Source: the human T2T-CHM13v2.0 reference genome, Homo sapiens
Reading direction: 5' to 3' (one strand)
NCBI RefSeq assembly: GCF_009914755.1
Contig: NC_060934.1
Length of the DNA: 64,000 nucleotides
Shown here: piece by piece, positions 40,911 to 59,599 of the stretch
How positions within the stretch are numbered: position 1 is the first letter of the stretch
Layout: every line of letters begins with the position of its first letter
Made by a program: the position numbers and the translations under genes
The notes under the pieces: generated by a model
What the model was told of the DNA's origin: nothing
The model's input: the letters and a program-made list of their open reading frames with translations, nothing else
Databases searched by the model: none

Positions 40911-40947
40911 TACACATATATATATATATATTTGTGTGTGTGTGTGT
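40862..40947 (+). repeat. Compound (CA)n-(TA)n-(TG)n microsatellite
   Basis: Directly visible. Confidence 0.95.
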
Positions 40948-41657
40948 TTTATGTGATCTTTCTTGGCTTTTGCATTGAGAAAGTCATCTTTGAAATTTAG
41001 AAAAACTGTCAGACTGTTGGAAGGCACCTTGGACATGGCGTCTCCCCAGTGCCTTCTTTATGCATAGAAAGGGCGCTCGAGGTAACGGGATGTCATGACT
41101 CTTGTGAGATAACACAGGAGCGGAGCAGAGATGAGAACTCAGGCCTCCTGTCATCTGTCCAGGGCATGTGGGTAAGATCAAGTGTAGGACTGGCTTTATA
41201 AAGCACAAATATTTGTTTGTCAGCAACTGTTTGTTTATTACTTCATTTTTGTTTTTCTCTTCTAAAATTCACCCTAAACTCTTTTATGATTTATGGACTG
41301 CTCTAAGCTTACAAGACTGATAAATATGTATATGCTGTGTGAGGAATACATTGATTTATTTACAAAGGTAGCAGAATCCTAATGCAAAAACAAACAAGAA
41401 AAAGAAAAAGAAAGAAAGATGTAGACTGGTTTTATTCATAAATAGAGAAGTGAAAATTCTAATAAAAATATGAGCACATGGTGCAATGTAGCAACATCCT
41501 ACCATGACAAAGTAAGGTTTATTCAGAGTGCAACGATGGTTTCATATTACAATTTTTATTAGTTTAAGTATTACATAAGTGGGTCCAGTTTAAAAAAAAA
41601 TGACAATCAATGCTGAAATAGCCTTTATTTACTCTTGATGAAAATACAAAAATCAAT

Positions 41658-42171
<514 letters not shown>

Positions 42172-42210
42172 TCAACACAGAGTGCTGCTTTGATCTGTTT
42201 TCTAATCAGA

Positions 42211-42422
42211 GTTTTAGTGCTCCAGAGACGCACCTTGTTTCTTAAAGTGAAGAATCCTTGTTAAAGACCAATTGTGCTAATCTGGATTTTCAGATTGTTT
42301 ACTTACTGCAGTAACAGATAGATTTAAATATTTAGATAGAAAGCTCCCTTTTATTTTCTCTGGAAAGCACTAATGGATGTAACTGATGACAACTTGACCC
42401 AGCAGGGCAGTTAGTCTGCCCT
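42211..42422 (+). repeat. Local ~200-bp direct duplication, copy 2
   Basis: Aligns to 39601-39802 with scattered substitutions and one ~11-bp insertion. Confidence 0.9.
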
Positions 42423-42651
42423 TTAGGGAGCAGATCTAAACCTGTGTAACCTGAGACATGGTGGATTTGGGGTCATGAGTCCCCACAGCTCAGCACACCC
42501 TAAGAATCCATCTATCTTTCTGTACAGCATCACGTATCCCTTCTGCAGGCCTATATGCCAGTCCAGCCATCCTCTGCGGGCTACTACTACCGTTAGACAT
42601 TAAATGTATCTAGTATGTTCTTTTTATCTCTTAGCCATCACGCCTGGCTAA

Positions 42652-43670
<1,019 letters not shown>

Positions 43671-45011
43671 TAGCCGTTCCTTGCACTCTCTCATTCCTCG
43701 TTCTTGCTTTTAAGCTCCTGATTTATTTCCTTAAGCACTGAAGTATTGGCAAGTGGGATTCTGGGGCCTGAGGTTCTGTTTGCTTGCACACAGAGGGCTT
43801 TTCTTTCTTTCGTGTTTAAAAATTCTTTTACTGTGAGCTGCTGACTTTCCTGGTTACTTTATCTGTGGGACTACTTTAAGGCCTGGTTGAAGCACCTTAA
43901 TCTCTCCAGAGAATATCTGCTTCTGTCAGTTGCCTAGGAGGACTACCATCCCTGAACACTTTAAACGTAAATATCCAAATGGGTCTTTTCAGATCACACA
44001 GGTAATGTGAATTCAGACTGGAAATCTGCCTGGAACCTGGTTTGAGGTAACAACTTCTAAGGGCAGGTTTTTTTCCCCTTCTCCCCAGAGTGCTGAGGTC
44101 AAGACAAGCAGGTTTTGTTTCCTTTATTTTTTTGTTATTTACATTGGGTTAATTTCTCCTTCCTCTTTTTTATTTTTAGAGACAGGGTCTTGCTATGTTG
44201 CCCAGGCTGGAGAGCAGAGGCTCTTCACAGGTGTGATCAGTGCTCATGGCAGCCTCAAACTCCTGGGCTTAAGTGATCCTCCCGCCTGGGCCTCATGAGT
44301 GGCTGGCACTCCAGGTGCGCATCACTGCACTTGGCCTTCTCATTCCTCTTATTCTGAGGATTTGCCCTTTGGGCAAAGGGGGTTCCAGTTTTCTATGATG
44401 ATTCTAGGCTTTGTCTCCTGTCCCTGAACCCTATGCATCTATCAAAGCAGAAACTCAGGATGCAAGCTGGCTTGGATATTGCATTACCTCTCAGAGATGC
44501 ATTTGAAAATATCTGTGGAATGGTTAAGTGGTATTTTGGGGGCATTTAGTCCTCAGATGGCTGGAAACAGGCTGTGTCTTCAGCCTCTCTCTGGGTTTGT
44601 GGGACAGGCCAGAGGCCATCATCACAATGTGGTGGATGGCCGTGGGCTCAGATCAACAAGTAGCTGAAGTCAGGGTTGCTTTTCAAAAATGTAACAGATT
44701 TCCCTACATATTAGATATTAAAAAAAGAAACGTATGAAAACCCAGAAAGATGAATTAAGATTTGAGATAGTGGAGGAAGGAGATAACACCTTTACTCCAG
44801 ACACAGAGCCTCTATTCAACATAATAACTATTCATCACGACTTCCCCCATGGAAGGCCGTGTCCTGGGCCCTGCAAAGGAGAGCAGGTCTCAGGGACCTG
44901 CCAAAGATGTAACACACTCATGTCTCTTTCATGAGGCTCTTCCAGTAGGATGTGAGACAACCAAGTTACGGGGTCATAAGTAGTGACAGGACAACTTTCT
45001 CAGTTCATCAG

Positions 45012-45471
45012 TGTAATGTTTAGTTTTACGTATTAACTTCATTGGGCCAATGTGCCCAGATATTTGGTTAAACATTATGCTGAGTGTTTCTTTGAGGGTG
45101 CTTTTGGGTGAAATTAACGTTTCAATTAGTAGACTTTGAGTAAAGCAGGCCACCCTCCCTGATGTGGGTGGGCCTTGTCCAATCAGTTGAAGACCTCACT
45201 ATAATAGAACAAAAGACTGACCTCCCCTGAGCAAGAGGGAATCCTCCAGCAGGCGGCCTCCAGGCTCCATCCACAGCATCAGCTCTTCCTGCTTCTACAG
45301 CAATGGCCTCGAACCTGAGCTGCAACATCAGCTATCCTGGGTCTCTAGGCTGAGGCTCACGTTGCAGATTTTGGACTTGCCAGCCCCCAGAATCCCATGA
45401 GCCAGTTCATTATAATAAACCACACACACACATGCATGCATGCAGACACACACACATGCATGCGTACTAAA

Positions 45472-45502
<31 letters not shown>

Positions 45503-45535
45503 CCTACTGGTTCTGTTTCTCTGGAGAACGCAATC
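45012..45535 (+). mobile_element. MLT2 (HERV-L) LTR with internal (CA)n
   Basis: GTGCCCAGATATTTGGTTAAACATTAT...GACTTGCCAGCC...CTACTGGTTCTGTTTCTCTGGAGAAC. Confidence 0.8.
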
Positions 45536-45640
45536 AGGATGTAGATGGCTACCAGCAGTGGCCCCAAAGAAAGGAACATTTCTATGTACTGAGAATGAAT
45601 TAGGACTATAGACTGTAGTTTAAAATATCTCCTTCTCTTT

Positions 45641-45730
45641 TTCCTTCCTTCCTTCCTTCCTTCCTTCCTTCCTTCCTTCCTTCCTCCTTCTCTCCCTCCC
45701 CCACCCTTTCTCCCTTTCCTTCTTTCTTTC
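45641..45730 (+). repeat. (TTCC)n / polypyrimidine tract
   Basis: Directly visible. Confidence 0.95.
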
Positions 45731-45875
45731 TGCCACAATGCCATACTTGCCCCACTGTGGCATGATGGTTGTCTGTATTGTCCCGATTGAGAATCTGAGG
45801 CTCCACCGTCTGGTGCCACAGCCTGAGGTGATGAAAATCCTTGCAGATGCATCCAGTGGGAAAGGTATTGAGGAG

Positions 45876-46713
<838 letters not shown>

Positions 46714-47396
46714 TTAATTTATTCAGATAATAAAAACAGGCGCTAAAGGCATGTTCTCTTTTAAAAAAAACATTTGCTGCCTACAGTTAGGCTTAATTCT
46801 AAACTTCCTATTTATTATACTGTGAGTTAATCTGTTACACCCATGACAGCGAGCGTTATTATTAAATCATCACCATGCATCAGCCAGGACCATGTCTTTA
46901 CCTTCTTGATCAGTGTAAATCTTTCTTGTTTCTGGAATCCCCTGGAAAGTCATTTTATAAACATCATTTTAAAGATGCCGATAGGCCACCCCATAAAGTA
47001 GTCTTGCCAAAAAGAAACTAGCAATTTATGAGACACACAAAGAATAGAAGAACAAGTTAAAAGGCACACGGGAATGTGCCAACAAGTCCATGGGACTTTT
47101 GGGATGCTCTACAGGACAAACAAACTGATTTCAACAAAACACTGCACAAATAAAAAAAAGAGAGGGCGGGTGGGATGTCCAGTCTCCATACAGGCACTTG
47201 AGGCAGATCCCCAATTACAATGTGAGAAACCTAGTTGGATTCTGATTCAAAAAAATTGTAAAAAATGAAAACCTAAATCTACACATTTGTGACATTTATG
47301 CGACAAACTAGAAAATTGCATACCAACTGGGTTTTTGATGACGGTAAGGCATTATTGGCCATTTTTGGGGTGTAATAAGAGTATTATAATTTTTTC

Positions 47397-47765
47397 GCTG
47401 GGCGTGGTGGCTGACGCCTATAATCTCAGCACTTTGGGAGGCCGAAGTGTGTGGCATGTGCCTGTAATCCCAGCTACTTGGGAGACTGAGGCAGGAGAAT
47501 AGCTTGAACCTGGGAGGCAGAGGTCAGGAGTTTGAGACCAGCCTGGGCAACATGGCGAAACCCCGGCTCTACTAAAAATACACAAATTAGCCAGGCATGG
47601 TGGTGCATGCCTGTAATCCTAGCTACTTGGGAAGCTGAGGCAGGAGAACCTCTTGAACCCAGGAGGTGGAGGTTGCAGTGAGCTGAGATTGTGCCACTGC
47701 CCTCCAGCCCAGGCGACAGAGCAAGACTCCATCCCCGCCCCTCACCCCCGCCGGCCACCAGCCAA
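47397..47765 (+). mobile_element. Rearranged Alu with C-rich tail
   Basis: Left-arm/right-arm/left-arm mosaic; TSD AAGAGTATTATAATTTTT. Confidence 0.85.
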
Positions 47766-49585
47766 AAGAGTATTATAATTTTTTTAAAGAATAACTTTTT
47801 AGACATATCGCCATATTTATGGATGAAATCATAGGCTGTCTTGGATTTTTGCTTCAAAATAATCAGGAATGGGGGAGAGGACAGTGTAGAAAGAGCCACG
47901 TTTGTCATGAGGTGCTGATTGCAGAGACCGGGTGATGGGTACACCAGCTCATGATACTGTGCTGTTTCCATAAATGTTTCACTTTCCTGAATACAACATT
48001 TTTTAAAAATGTGTCAATTCTCACAATCTACTGATGCAGGAAATGAATTACTTTATATGACTCTATTCACTTGAATAGATGTAAGCTAATATATTCTGAA
48101 CAGCTTGGATTGACGGGCATTAGCTGTTTTCGCATAAATCATGGAATTTCTCCCATGACTCAGGGTAAGGTGCTGGGGCTGCCAGAGGACCTGCCCCAGC
48201 AAGATTTTTCTCAAGAGCGAGACTCCATCAGCCCAGGCAGACAGGAGCAGGTTCTTGGCCGGTGTAGACAGCAGCAAACAGCAGAAGGGAAGCCATTCTC
48301 ACTACATCCTCCCTGCAGTAGCCACAGCCAGGCCCTTAGGAGGAGCAGTGACCGGGGGTGTCCAGAAACATCCTGTCCCTGGATGGAAACTAGGTCTCGT
48401 TGGGATTTTTTTTTCTTTTTTTGCCGTGTTAGTTAGGAAATTATTTATTAATTTACAAGGCAGGTTTTATCTCAGCCAAGGTGGGAAATGGTGTCCCTGT
48501 CCCTCCCAAAGCACAGAGCACAGAAATGAGGCTGTTTACATCGCGAGTCTCTGCGCTGGTGTTTAAGTCATTAAAAAGATATTCGAAAAAAAAAGTCTCT
48601 AAATACAGGTTTATGGAATATTTCATAACAGCTTTAAGGAACTATCATGGTACACTGGGAAAGTCACCCATATTGCAGGATAGATTTCTTCTGTTGGCTG
48701 ACGAGCATTTGTTTATAGTCGGCCTTGACTCTACTCTACCACAATTTTATATGTAGTTCTTTTATTTTTTTAAAAGCAACATTTTGGGACAAAATATCGT
48801 GAACAAATAAGGAATACTACTATATTTGTGAAACCCCTTGTTAATTTCCAAGTGATATTTTAAATCTTGAATAAGACATGTATGCTCGTAAATAAAGAGG
48901 GAAAAGAAATAATTAAATCGATGTTCATAAGAGCTTCTCAGAAAATAAGAAAGAGATAAGTGATAGAACTATAATCTACAATCTACCCTAATAGTATATC
49001 TGCATCATTTCTTAAACTTTGTTTAGTATTTTAACATGCTGTTTCTTATCATATGTGAAGAATGCTGTGAGGTAGCAGGTCAATGTTTTGCAGATTAATA
49101 AACTGAAGTTAAAAGAGAAAAAAAACCCATGGAATTTCATCTTCTTAGAAACAGATGTTGAAATTAAGATTCAAAAAAAGCTAAGTTTTCTGCCTCACTC
49201 TCCACTAATGGGAATGAACAGAGACAGAACTGAAGCGCACGCTTTGTGGTTTCACAGCCTCTCCAGTCATATCACGACTGCTTTTCATCCTGCCCTTGAC
49301 AGAAAAGAGACATTCACAGCCCTTTCTCAGATAGGAAAATGACATTATCAATACAGGAATGTGATTTCCTGTATTGATTTCCAATTTCCCATGCTCCCCT
49401 ATCTCCCTGCATGGGCCGCCATGGAAAATCACCAAAAGCACTCCTCTGATCCCAGGTAGTTCTGTTCCTGCCACCTGTGGCCTTTTGCTCTCCCTAATTC
49501 CTCCTCTTCTGGCAGAACCTCTCAGGTTCCCTACGGAAGACCTACCAGCAAGCCACTACAAATTATAGTCAAGAAATGCTTTGTT

Positions 49586-50008
<423 letters not shown>

Positions 50009-53000
50009 CTATAAGGTATAAAGGCTGCAATGTCAAACCAGGTCCCTGAAATAGCTCCAAGAATCACACGTTTCTGCAAGTAGAGGCACAGACTACATTT
50101 AAAGAGGGCCTTGTTCATAAGAATCGGGGGCAGGAATAAGTGCCAAATGATGAAGGGAAAATGACAAAGTAGCCAAGTAGCAGGTTACAGGAAAGCTCTG
50201 GGGGTTGATCTCAGGGGTGGCAAGCGGGGCTGTGCTTAGCTCTGGCCTCCGGGATTGTCTTGGCTGTCTGTCGTCATCTCTTGGAGGGGTCCTGATTAGG
50301 CGGACAGGCTTCTGTGTGGAGGGCTGGAAAGCTTGGCTGAACTTTTCGGTAAAGAACACAGAGGTAGGATTGAAAGCTCCTTTTCTATCTACCAGGATAA
50401 TTTGTATCTTGGAAGAATAAAATATACATTTTTTTTCCAATTTGTTTTTGCCTGGGCTCTTTCTACCTGTCCTCATCTCTCACCACTGTCTCTCCATCTC
50501 GGCTCCAATCTTATCTGAAGTTTCAGCTCTAATGAAATACCTACTGTCAGCGGTGTGCCAAGAATGGGGCCGTGTGAGCCATCTGCCTGGGGTGCAGGCA
50601 ATAACAGGGACACTGCCCATAGAGAAATTTAAAAACAATCATAAAATAGGCTAAAATCTACTTTTGCCATGTGCTGGCAATTCTAAACAATGTCAGCTAC
50701 TAAACACACCTTCCAGAAAAAAGATCTCTGGTTGGTATGCGTTCTAAACAACTGCTGGGGTGCTGGCCGAGTTTTAATGATATGTTAAGGTTTCACATTA
50801 GCAGATTTTTATTAGTCATTTGTTTGTAAATATTGTTTTCTATATGGAAGTAAATTTGGAGACCGGCCGACTGCTCACAGTCAACTTCCAACACATGTCA
50901 ACTTAGCTATACGCCCTGGTTTCAAGAGCAAGCCGTTAATAGTTCAGAATCCTTCTAGCTGACTTTGCACATAGTGAGAGCTGCATACTCTTCTGTTTAA
51001 ACAGTGGAATCAAATAAGCAATGATTATCAGTGACTGGAAAAGACCAAGAAACAGAACTTGAGTTATTTCGCTTTGCCATCCCCTGTGACCACCTGGAAT
51101 TTCTAAATCAGTGTTTAAAATTTAAACTGGTGAAACTGTATGAACTGGGGGGTAGAATACTTTTGTTTGGCAAGAGCAAGTTTTAGCTCGCATGAGAAAT
51201 CTCTTACTAAATGTGATGATAGCTTTAACGTGAAACTGCTTTTTAATTATTGCTTGTTTGAAAACAAAAGGACAAATCAAGAAATTAAATGTCCGTGACA
51301 TGATTTCATAGCTGCCTACCTTTTACCTTTTGCAAATGCTTTGATTTTATTGCCATTTACTGCTAATTTTTGTAACTGTCTGATTAGACATGAGACACAC
51401 AAAGTTTGATAAAAGGAAAATGCTACAATCAGCAGTTTTACTCTGGCTGTTACTATCATTCATTTAATTTCATAATTATCACTATCAGTAGTTTATGGAG
51501 GGAGATGGTGTTAAAAACGACCTGCCCCAGGTGCCGAACACGCTGGGTGCTGGTTGCTCAGTGTGACCGGTTGTCTCCTGCCGAGCTGCTGTTCCTTCAA
51601 GCATGATGCTTTTCCCCTTGTAAGTTCCTGCTCCCACTTTGAGACTCAGTTCACAGCCCCTCCTCTGCCAGACTCTTCCGATTCCATCTCGCCTAAATGA
51701 TCGGTTTTAATTTCCCTTCTTGCCTTTGTGCATTAGTTTATCCTTGCATTGGCTGTGCTGCGGTTTCATGATTTGTTAGTCTCTTTCTGCCTCTAGATGA
51801 TGAGCTAATGGAGAGCAGAGATCACAGCTCATTCATCTCAGTGTCTCCAGTTCCCAGCCTAATCCCTGGCACATAATGGGTGCTAAATCATCACTCTTGG
51901 AATGAAAGAAGAATGATGTGGCTCTCAATAGCTATTAAATTAGGCTTGGCTTGGAGACTGTTCTTTACGCTAAGTTTTTTCTGTTTTGTCAGCTCAGCGG
52001 CTAACACCCTCTCCACAGGTGCTCCCCCTGCCGCTGCCTCGCACACCTCAACACTCACCCTAGCGCCAAGGTGGTGGGCAGAGGAGGCAGGCAGGGGACA
52101 GGTATGGGTGAGGATACAGAGGAATGGGACGCGAAATCCAGACTTCTAGAAACTGTGCAGCGTCCCTTGACATCAAAGCAAGGGCAGTCACTGTTTCCTG
52201 AGAAGTAAAGCTTAGGATGAATTTACATTGCCTATGAATAGAGTATTCCCACTCCCCAAACCATTCTATATGTGGGAATAATCTAGAAGCAAAAAGGCCA
52301 AAATGATTTCCTCTTTTTACTCATTCCATTAACTTTGGTTTAATTGAATACCTACTGTGGTCCAGCATGATTCTAGGGTCTATGGAAAATACCAGGAAAG
52401 AGGCACATGTTCATTGCAGAAAAATCAGAAAATGGAAATAGGCAGAAAGAAAGTTTTTCAAAATGCCCATAATCCCATCACCCACAGATAATTGCCATTA
52501 GGATTTAGGTAGAGATCTTTTCTTTGTCTCTGTCTGTGTCTGTGCATATGTGTGTGATCTATCAAAAGGAACCATAATACACATTCTGTTTTGTGATGTA
52601 ATTTTCTCCTAATAACGTATCATGGCATCTTTCCATAGTCCTATGTGCTCTTTACAGTATTACGTTTAGCAGCTAATATTGCTCTGTGCCATTATATGAT
52701 GACTTCTTCAACCCCCCACTCTATTATTGGACATTTAAGTTGGTTTTAAACTGGCTTTTACTGTTAAGAACCATACCTGTGCTGTTTACAATCATGAATC
52801 ATTCACTGAGCAAATGCTGAACAGTTTCCTTAAGATAAGTGTCTGGAAGGGGAATGGCCGGGTCGAAGGGTAGGAACTAACGAGCTGCCCCTTCTAGACA
52901 GCCTGACGGGAAGGGCTCAGCGGAGTTTGTGACGAACCCATCATGAGAAGCTGATGTGGAACTAGGGATCTCCTGGGCTGGGTCCTACCCCAGGACGTCT

Positions 53001-53399
53001 CTTCTCTCCACTCTGCATTTTTATCCGTCCCAGGAAATGACTGATGCCACAGCTCAAAGGGGCATGGCCTTGAATAGCAGAGTCCAGGCAGGAAGCATGG
53101 CCAGAAGCCCTGCAGGGACTCTCCCTCACATTGCCCACTCTGTGGTTAAGGAGGAAAAGCCTCCCTAGAGGCTACCAGCTGACTCTCTAAGTGGCATTCA
53201 CCAGACCCAGCCCACCTGCCCACCCCTAGGCCAAACAGCAGTGAAAAGGAATGAAACTGCCCTGACTGGTTGACTTTAACCCTGGCTCATTTCTAGGGAC
53301 TTGGCACGAACTGCCTGAATCCAGTCAGGCTCCTTAAACAAACAGGGGAGGGAGAGGGGCTGCCCAGCGGTGAATGCCATCCCAGAGTGCGCATGAAAC

Positions 53400-53512
53400 T
53401 GTTACAGAAAAAGGTCCAGATCCAGACCCCAAGAGAGGGTTCTTGGATCTTGTGCAAGAAGGAATTCAGGACGAGTCTGTAAAGCGAAAGCAAGTTTATT
53501 AAGAACGTAAAG
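53400..53512 (-). mobile_element. Short MER41/MER4-group LTR 3'-end fragment
   Basis: Similar to 34487-34600 (CCAAGAGAGGGTTCTTGGATCT...AAAGCAAGTTTATTAAGAA). Confidence 0.75.
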
Positions 53513-53600
53513 GCCAGTTGCCTTATAGAATGTCCCACATTCTAGAGCTGCATGATTATTCTTGGAGGTGTCACTTAATTTGTTCCTCTGTCCCCGAGTA

Positions 53601-54884
<1,284 letters not shown>

Positions 54885-57237
54885 AAGCTTTTTCTTACTA
54901 TAGAGTGGGAGTGGCATCTTCTTCCAGCCTTCTGCATATGAGGTACAGTCTACCTTTGCTCTGGAACTCCCTGCTAGGCTGGAAGACTCTTGGCCAGGTC
55001 TGCATCATGGTGTGACCCTCCCCCTGCCCAATTGCATTTTGCAAGTATGACTCCCCAGTCCACTTTTTATACTCCAAACACTGCTGCAGTCTTCTCCAGG
55101 AAGAACTCAACTGGCACACAGACTGTATGGAGAATCTAACTAAAATTCTGGCTCATTTGCCCAGAAAAAAACAACCATACATGGAAGCCCTAAATCCTGA
55201 ATACAAGTTCAAGGTATTCATGGATGCCTTGAAGCCCATGGACCCCACCTGAAGAGCCCTGGGATTTGACTCTCCACCTGCACTTCATACTCCCATGGGG
55301 GACGTGCTCTTGATACTGTCAAGAGTTATAACTCTAGCAAGGGGCAATGGTTGCAATCTGGGCAGGACAACCATGAGAGGCAGTGCAGTGATGCATCTCC
55401 CTGGGTGGCAGGCATTCTCTCTCAATTATCCTTCCTCATTGACTTTGGTAATGAACCTTCATAAAGAGAAGATAAATTCTCCTGGGATCTTTGGGTCCCT
55501 GAGAAGCAGGAGAGCTGACATTGGAATAGAGAAAAGCTGGCATCTTAGGCTAAATGATGACTGAAAAGGGTGTAGGCAATTTTCAGGTTTCTTCCTAGAT
55601 TGTCCAACTCAATCAGGGCAAAGGAGGGAGCAGGAAGTCCAGAAAATCATCATGTTCATGAAGAAAGAGTATGCATTTGTAGAGAGTTATTCATGAGTTT
55701 GAGCTCTCAGAGGAGCCGGTGGAGCGGAAGGCATTGGATGGGCTATCGTAGCAGGAAAAGGGGCATTTCAAGATCCTAAGGTCTAGGATTCAGGAAATTC
55801 AATCAATCAACACCTCATTATTTGTTTCTATCTCACCTTCTTCCATAAAGAATGATGATGTGTCCCTGTGTGGTCATGTAAAATGGGTTACAATTTGGAG
55901 ACAGAGGCTGAGGGTGGAAAGGCTGAAGAAGCCATGAAGAAATTGTGTCTGGGACCTGCGGGAGGGGCAGACAGAAGACGCAATTGTGCGCAAAGACTGC
56001 GTATTCTCAGTAGCCAGTGATTTAAGTTTGGTGTGAAGGATATAGCATCTTTGGGAAGCAATTTGGTGATTCTCAGGAGGAACAGGGCTTTTTGACCAAA
56101 TCAGTGTTACACAGAAGCAGCATGTGGTTGTGATACCAGTTCAGAAAACTATACATACATAACCTGAAAAGCGAAAGTTCCTTTTCATGACACCATGCCC
56201 CCTCCACCCTAAATTCAGTTCCCGGGAAATAGCTACTGTTAGCAGGGCTGTGTCTTTTGGATTTGCAGTGCACTCCTCTTTCTGGGAAGGCATGGGTGCA
56301 GGGCTCCTCCTGTGGGGAGGACCCCTTGCCCATCCATGCACCCATAGGGCCACCTGCTCCTTCTCAAGCTGCCCCTGGGAGCAGATGCATCTTGGATCAC
56401 TGTAACTGGCTCCTCCGTGATGAGGACAACCATCGGAGTGGGGAGATTGGAACATACACCACCAGCTTCCTTCTGTTGGTAGAAGCCCCATGACGGCCTT
56501 GCATTCTAAGGACAACCTGATTGGCTGATGATTTTATCCCTCAGAAACTCAGATATGGATGGAAAGTTGAGAGGTGAGCTCTCCTTCTTCCCCAGGGGGT
56601 AGAGGGGATCCTGTCCATTCCCGGAGCTGTGCTCCAGCCTCTGCCTGCACGCCCGAGGCTGGCCCCACCTCTGCCAATATCCATTGCCCTGTTTTGACTT
56701 GCAACAGAGATGCTCATTTTGCGCTTTTGCCTGACCACGAAGATTTGTCTGCTGCAGCTTTCTCGTGACTGATGTTATTTGCTCCACTGTGGAAAAATCC
56801 CAGGAGCCTCACAGATCAAGGGCCTAAAGGGAATCGTGTGGGAGGCCTCTGACACTTTGTGTAAAGGGGAAAAACATTATTCCCAGGAGGCAATCAGTCC
56901 TCGGGGTGGTGAACTCTGGCCACGGGACCAGCTCCGTCTCTGCGGTGAAATGAGGATGTGTCCTGCTGAAACATGAGTGGGACTTGCGAAGGTCTGGAGG
57001 CCAAGTCAGAATTTCCAGGCTGCTTCCATGGGTTCCACGGTCACCCTGGGGTCTGGTCCGAAGCCTGGCTTTTTCCCATTTGAGACTCACATTTTCCCAT
57101 ACCCTAACACGGAGGCTAGCACAGTGTCTGATACTTTGTGGACCCTTGATCAATATTCTCGGGAGGAAGACTTTGATAAATATTCTAAAAGTGCCTTATC
57201 TGTTCTAGATGCTAGAGATTCAGCAGTAAACAAAATG

Positions 57238-57845
57238 AACTAAAAATAGGACTACCATTTGATCACCAATCCTGCTATGCAGTATCCACCCAAAAGAAAA
57301 GGAACCACTCTATAAAAGAGATACCTGCACTCCTATGTTCATTGTGGCACTATTCACAATAGCAAAGATAAGAAATTAAACTAAGTGTCCATCAGTGGAT
57401 GACTGGTTAAAGAATATTTGGTACATATACACAATGGAATAGTACTCAGCCATGAAAAAGGATCATGTCTTTTGCAGCAACATGGATGGAGCTGGAGGAC
57501 ATCATCTGAAGTGCAACAACTCAGAAACAGAAAGTCAAATGCCACACATTCTTATTTATAAGTGGGAGCTAACTAATGTGCACACATGGACATAGAAAGT
57601 AAAATAATAGACATTGGAGACTTGGAAAGGTGGGAGGAGGGTGAGGGATGAGAAATTATCTATTGGGTGCAATATTCACCATTTGGGTGATGGTTACCCT
57701 AACAGCCCAGACTTCACCACTATGTCAAATATCCATGTAACACGTAACAAAACTGTAAAAATAATTGTAAAAATTATTTAAAAATTGTAAAAAATTGTAA
57801 AATTGTAAAAAAAAAATCCCCTAAATCTATAAAAATTAAAAAATG
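57238..57845 (+). mobile_element. L1MA-type 3' end
   Basis: GATACCTGCACTCCTATGTTCATTG...CCCAGACTTCACCACTATG...CCCCTAAATCTATAAAA. Confidence 0.85.
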
Positions 57846-58036
57846 GACAAAAATTCTTGTTCTAATGAGTCCTAAAAAATTAACTCCCTTGATACATTCT
57901 CTTTCTTCCTGATACATTCTATTATCTTTCTGTATTTCTACCAATTAATTTGGTTTTATTTCCCTTCAAGAAATAAACAACAAAACATCTTGTTAAAGGG
58001 ACCATTCTTGGTCAGGTCAATAAACATAAATGAACC

Positions 58037-58845
<809 letters not shown>

Positions 58846-59599
58846 AGAAGCAGCAGCTTCTGTCTGTGTTCTTCACCCTGCCTGTTGCAGTGTTGACTTT
58901 AACCTAAAACTGGCTCTCATCACAGTTCTGGAACAGCTGCCAGTAGCTCTCAGAGCCACATGTTCCCTCATTTGTGCCTGACAGGAGAGAGGCTGGCTTT
59001 CCATGGCCTTCAGAGTGGGAAATCACCTTGCTGAAGGCCTCCAGTGAATTTCTGCCCAGTTCTAAATGGTGAGCGTTGGGTTCTGTGTCCATTTCTGAAC
59101 CAACCACTGTCCATGGAAATAGGATGCCTTTTTACCCTGCAGTGGACATCAGTTCTCCAACTCATAAGGGAGGAATAGAACAGAAGTCATTCTGTACAAT
59201 TTAAATGTAAAGTTGACCTTTATCCATCTTCTCAAAGCCTTCCCTCTGGGCCTGGTGGTCTCTGTGGGACAAATATTTTCCTTCTTCTCATTTCCCAGGA
59301 AGTAGAAGTAGGGTGTGTGTCCTCTCTCCTCCCAACTGCTGATTCCGAAACTTTTTGTTTTGCAAAACCCCATGCTCCTTTGAAACTGATGCCTTTATTC
59401 CTCCCTCAGCTGTGTCCTCGTCACCTAGTAAGTTCCTTGTCATGCCCATTCTCTGTTGTTTTTTTAAGTTCTCAGTTTTTCTTTGTATCCTTTCTTCTAA
59501 TTTCATTCTCTTTTAATTCAGTAAACAATCAAACAAAAAAGAAATATGTGACCCAACATTCTGCTTCTCAGTTTTTTCCTTTGTTTACTTTTTAAACTT

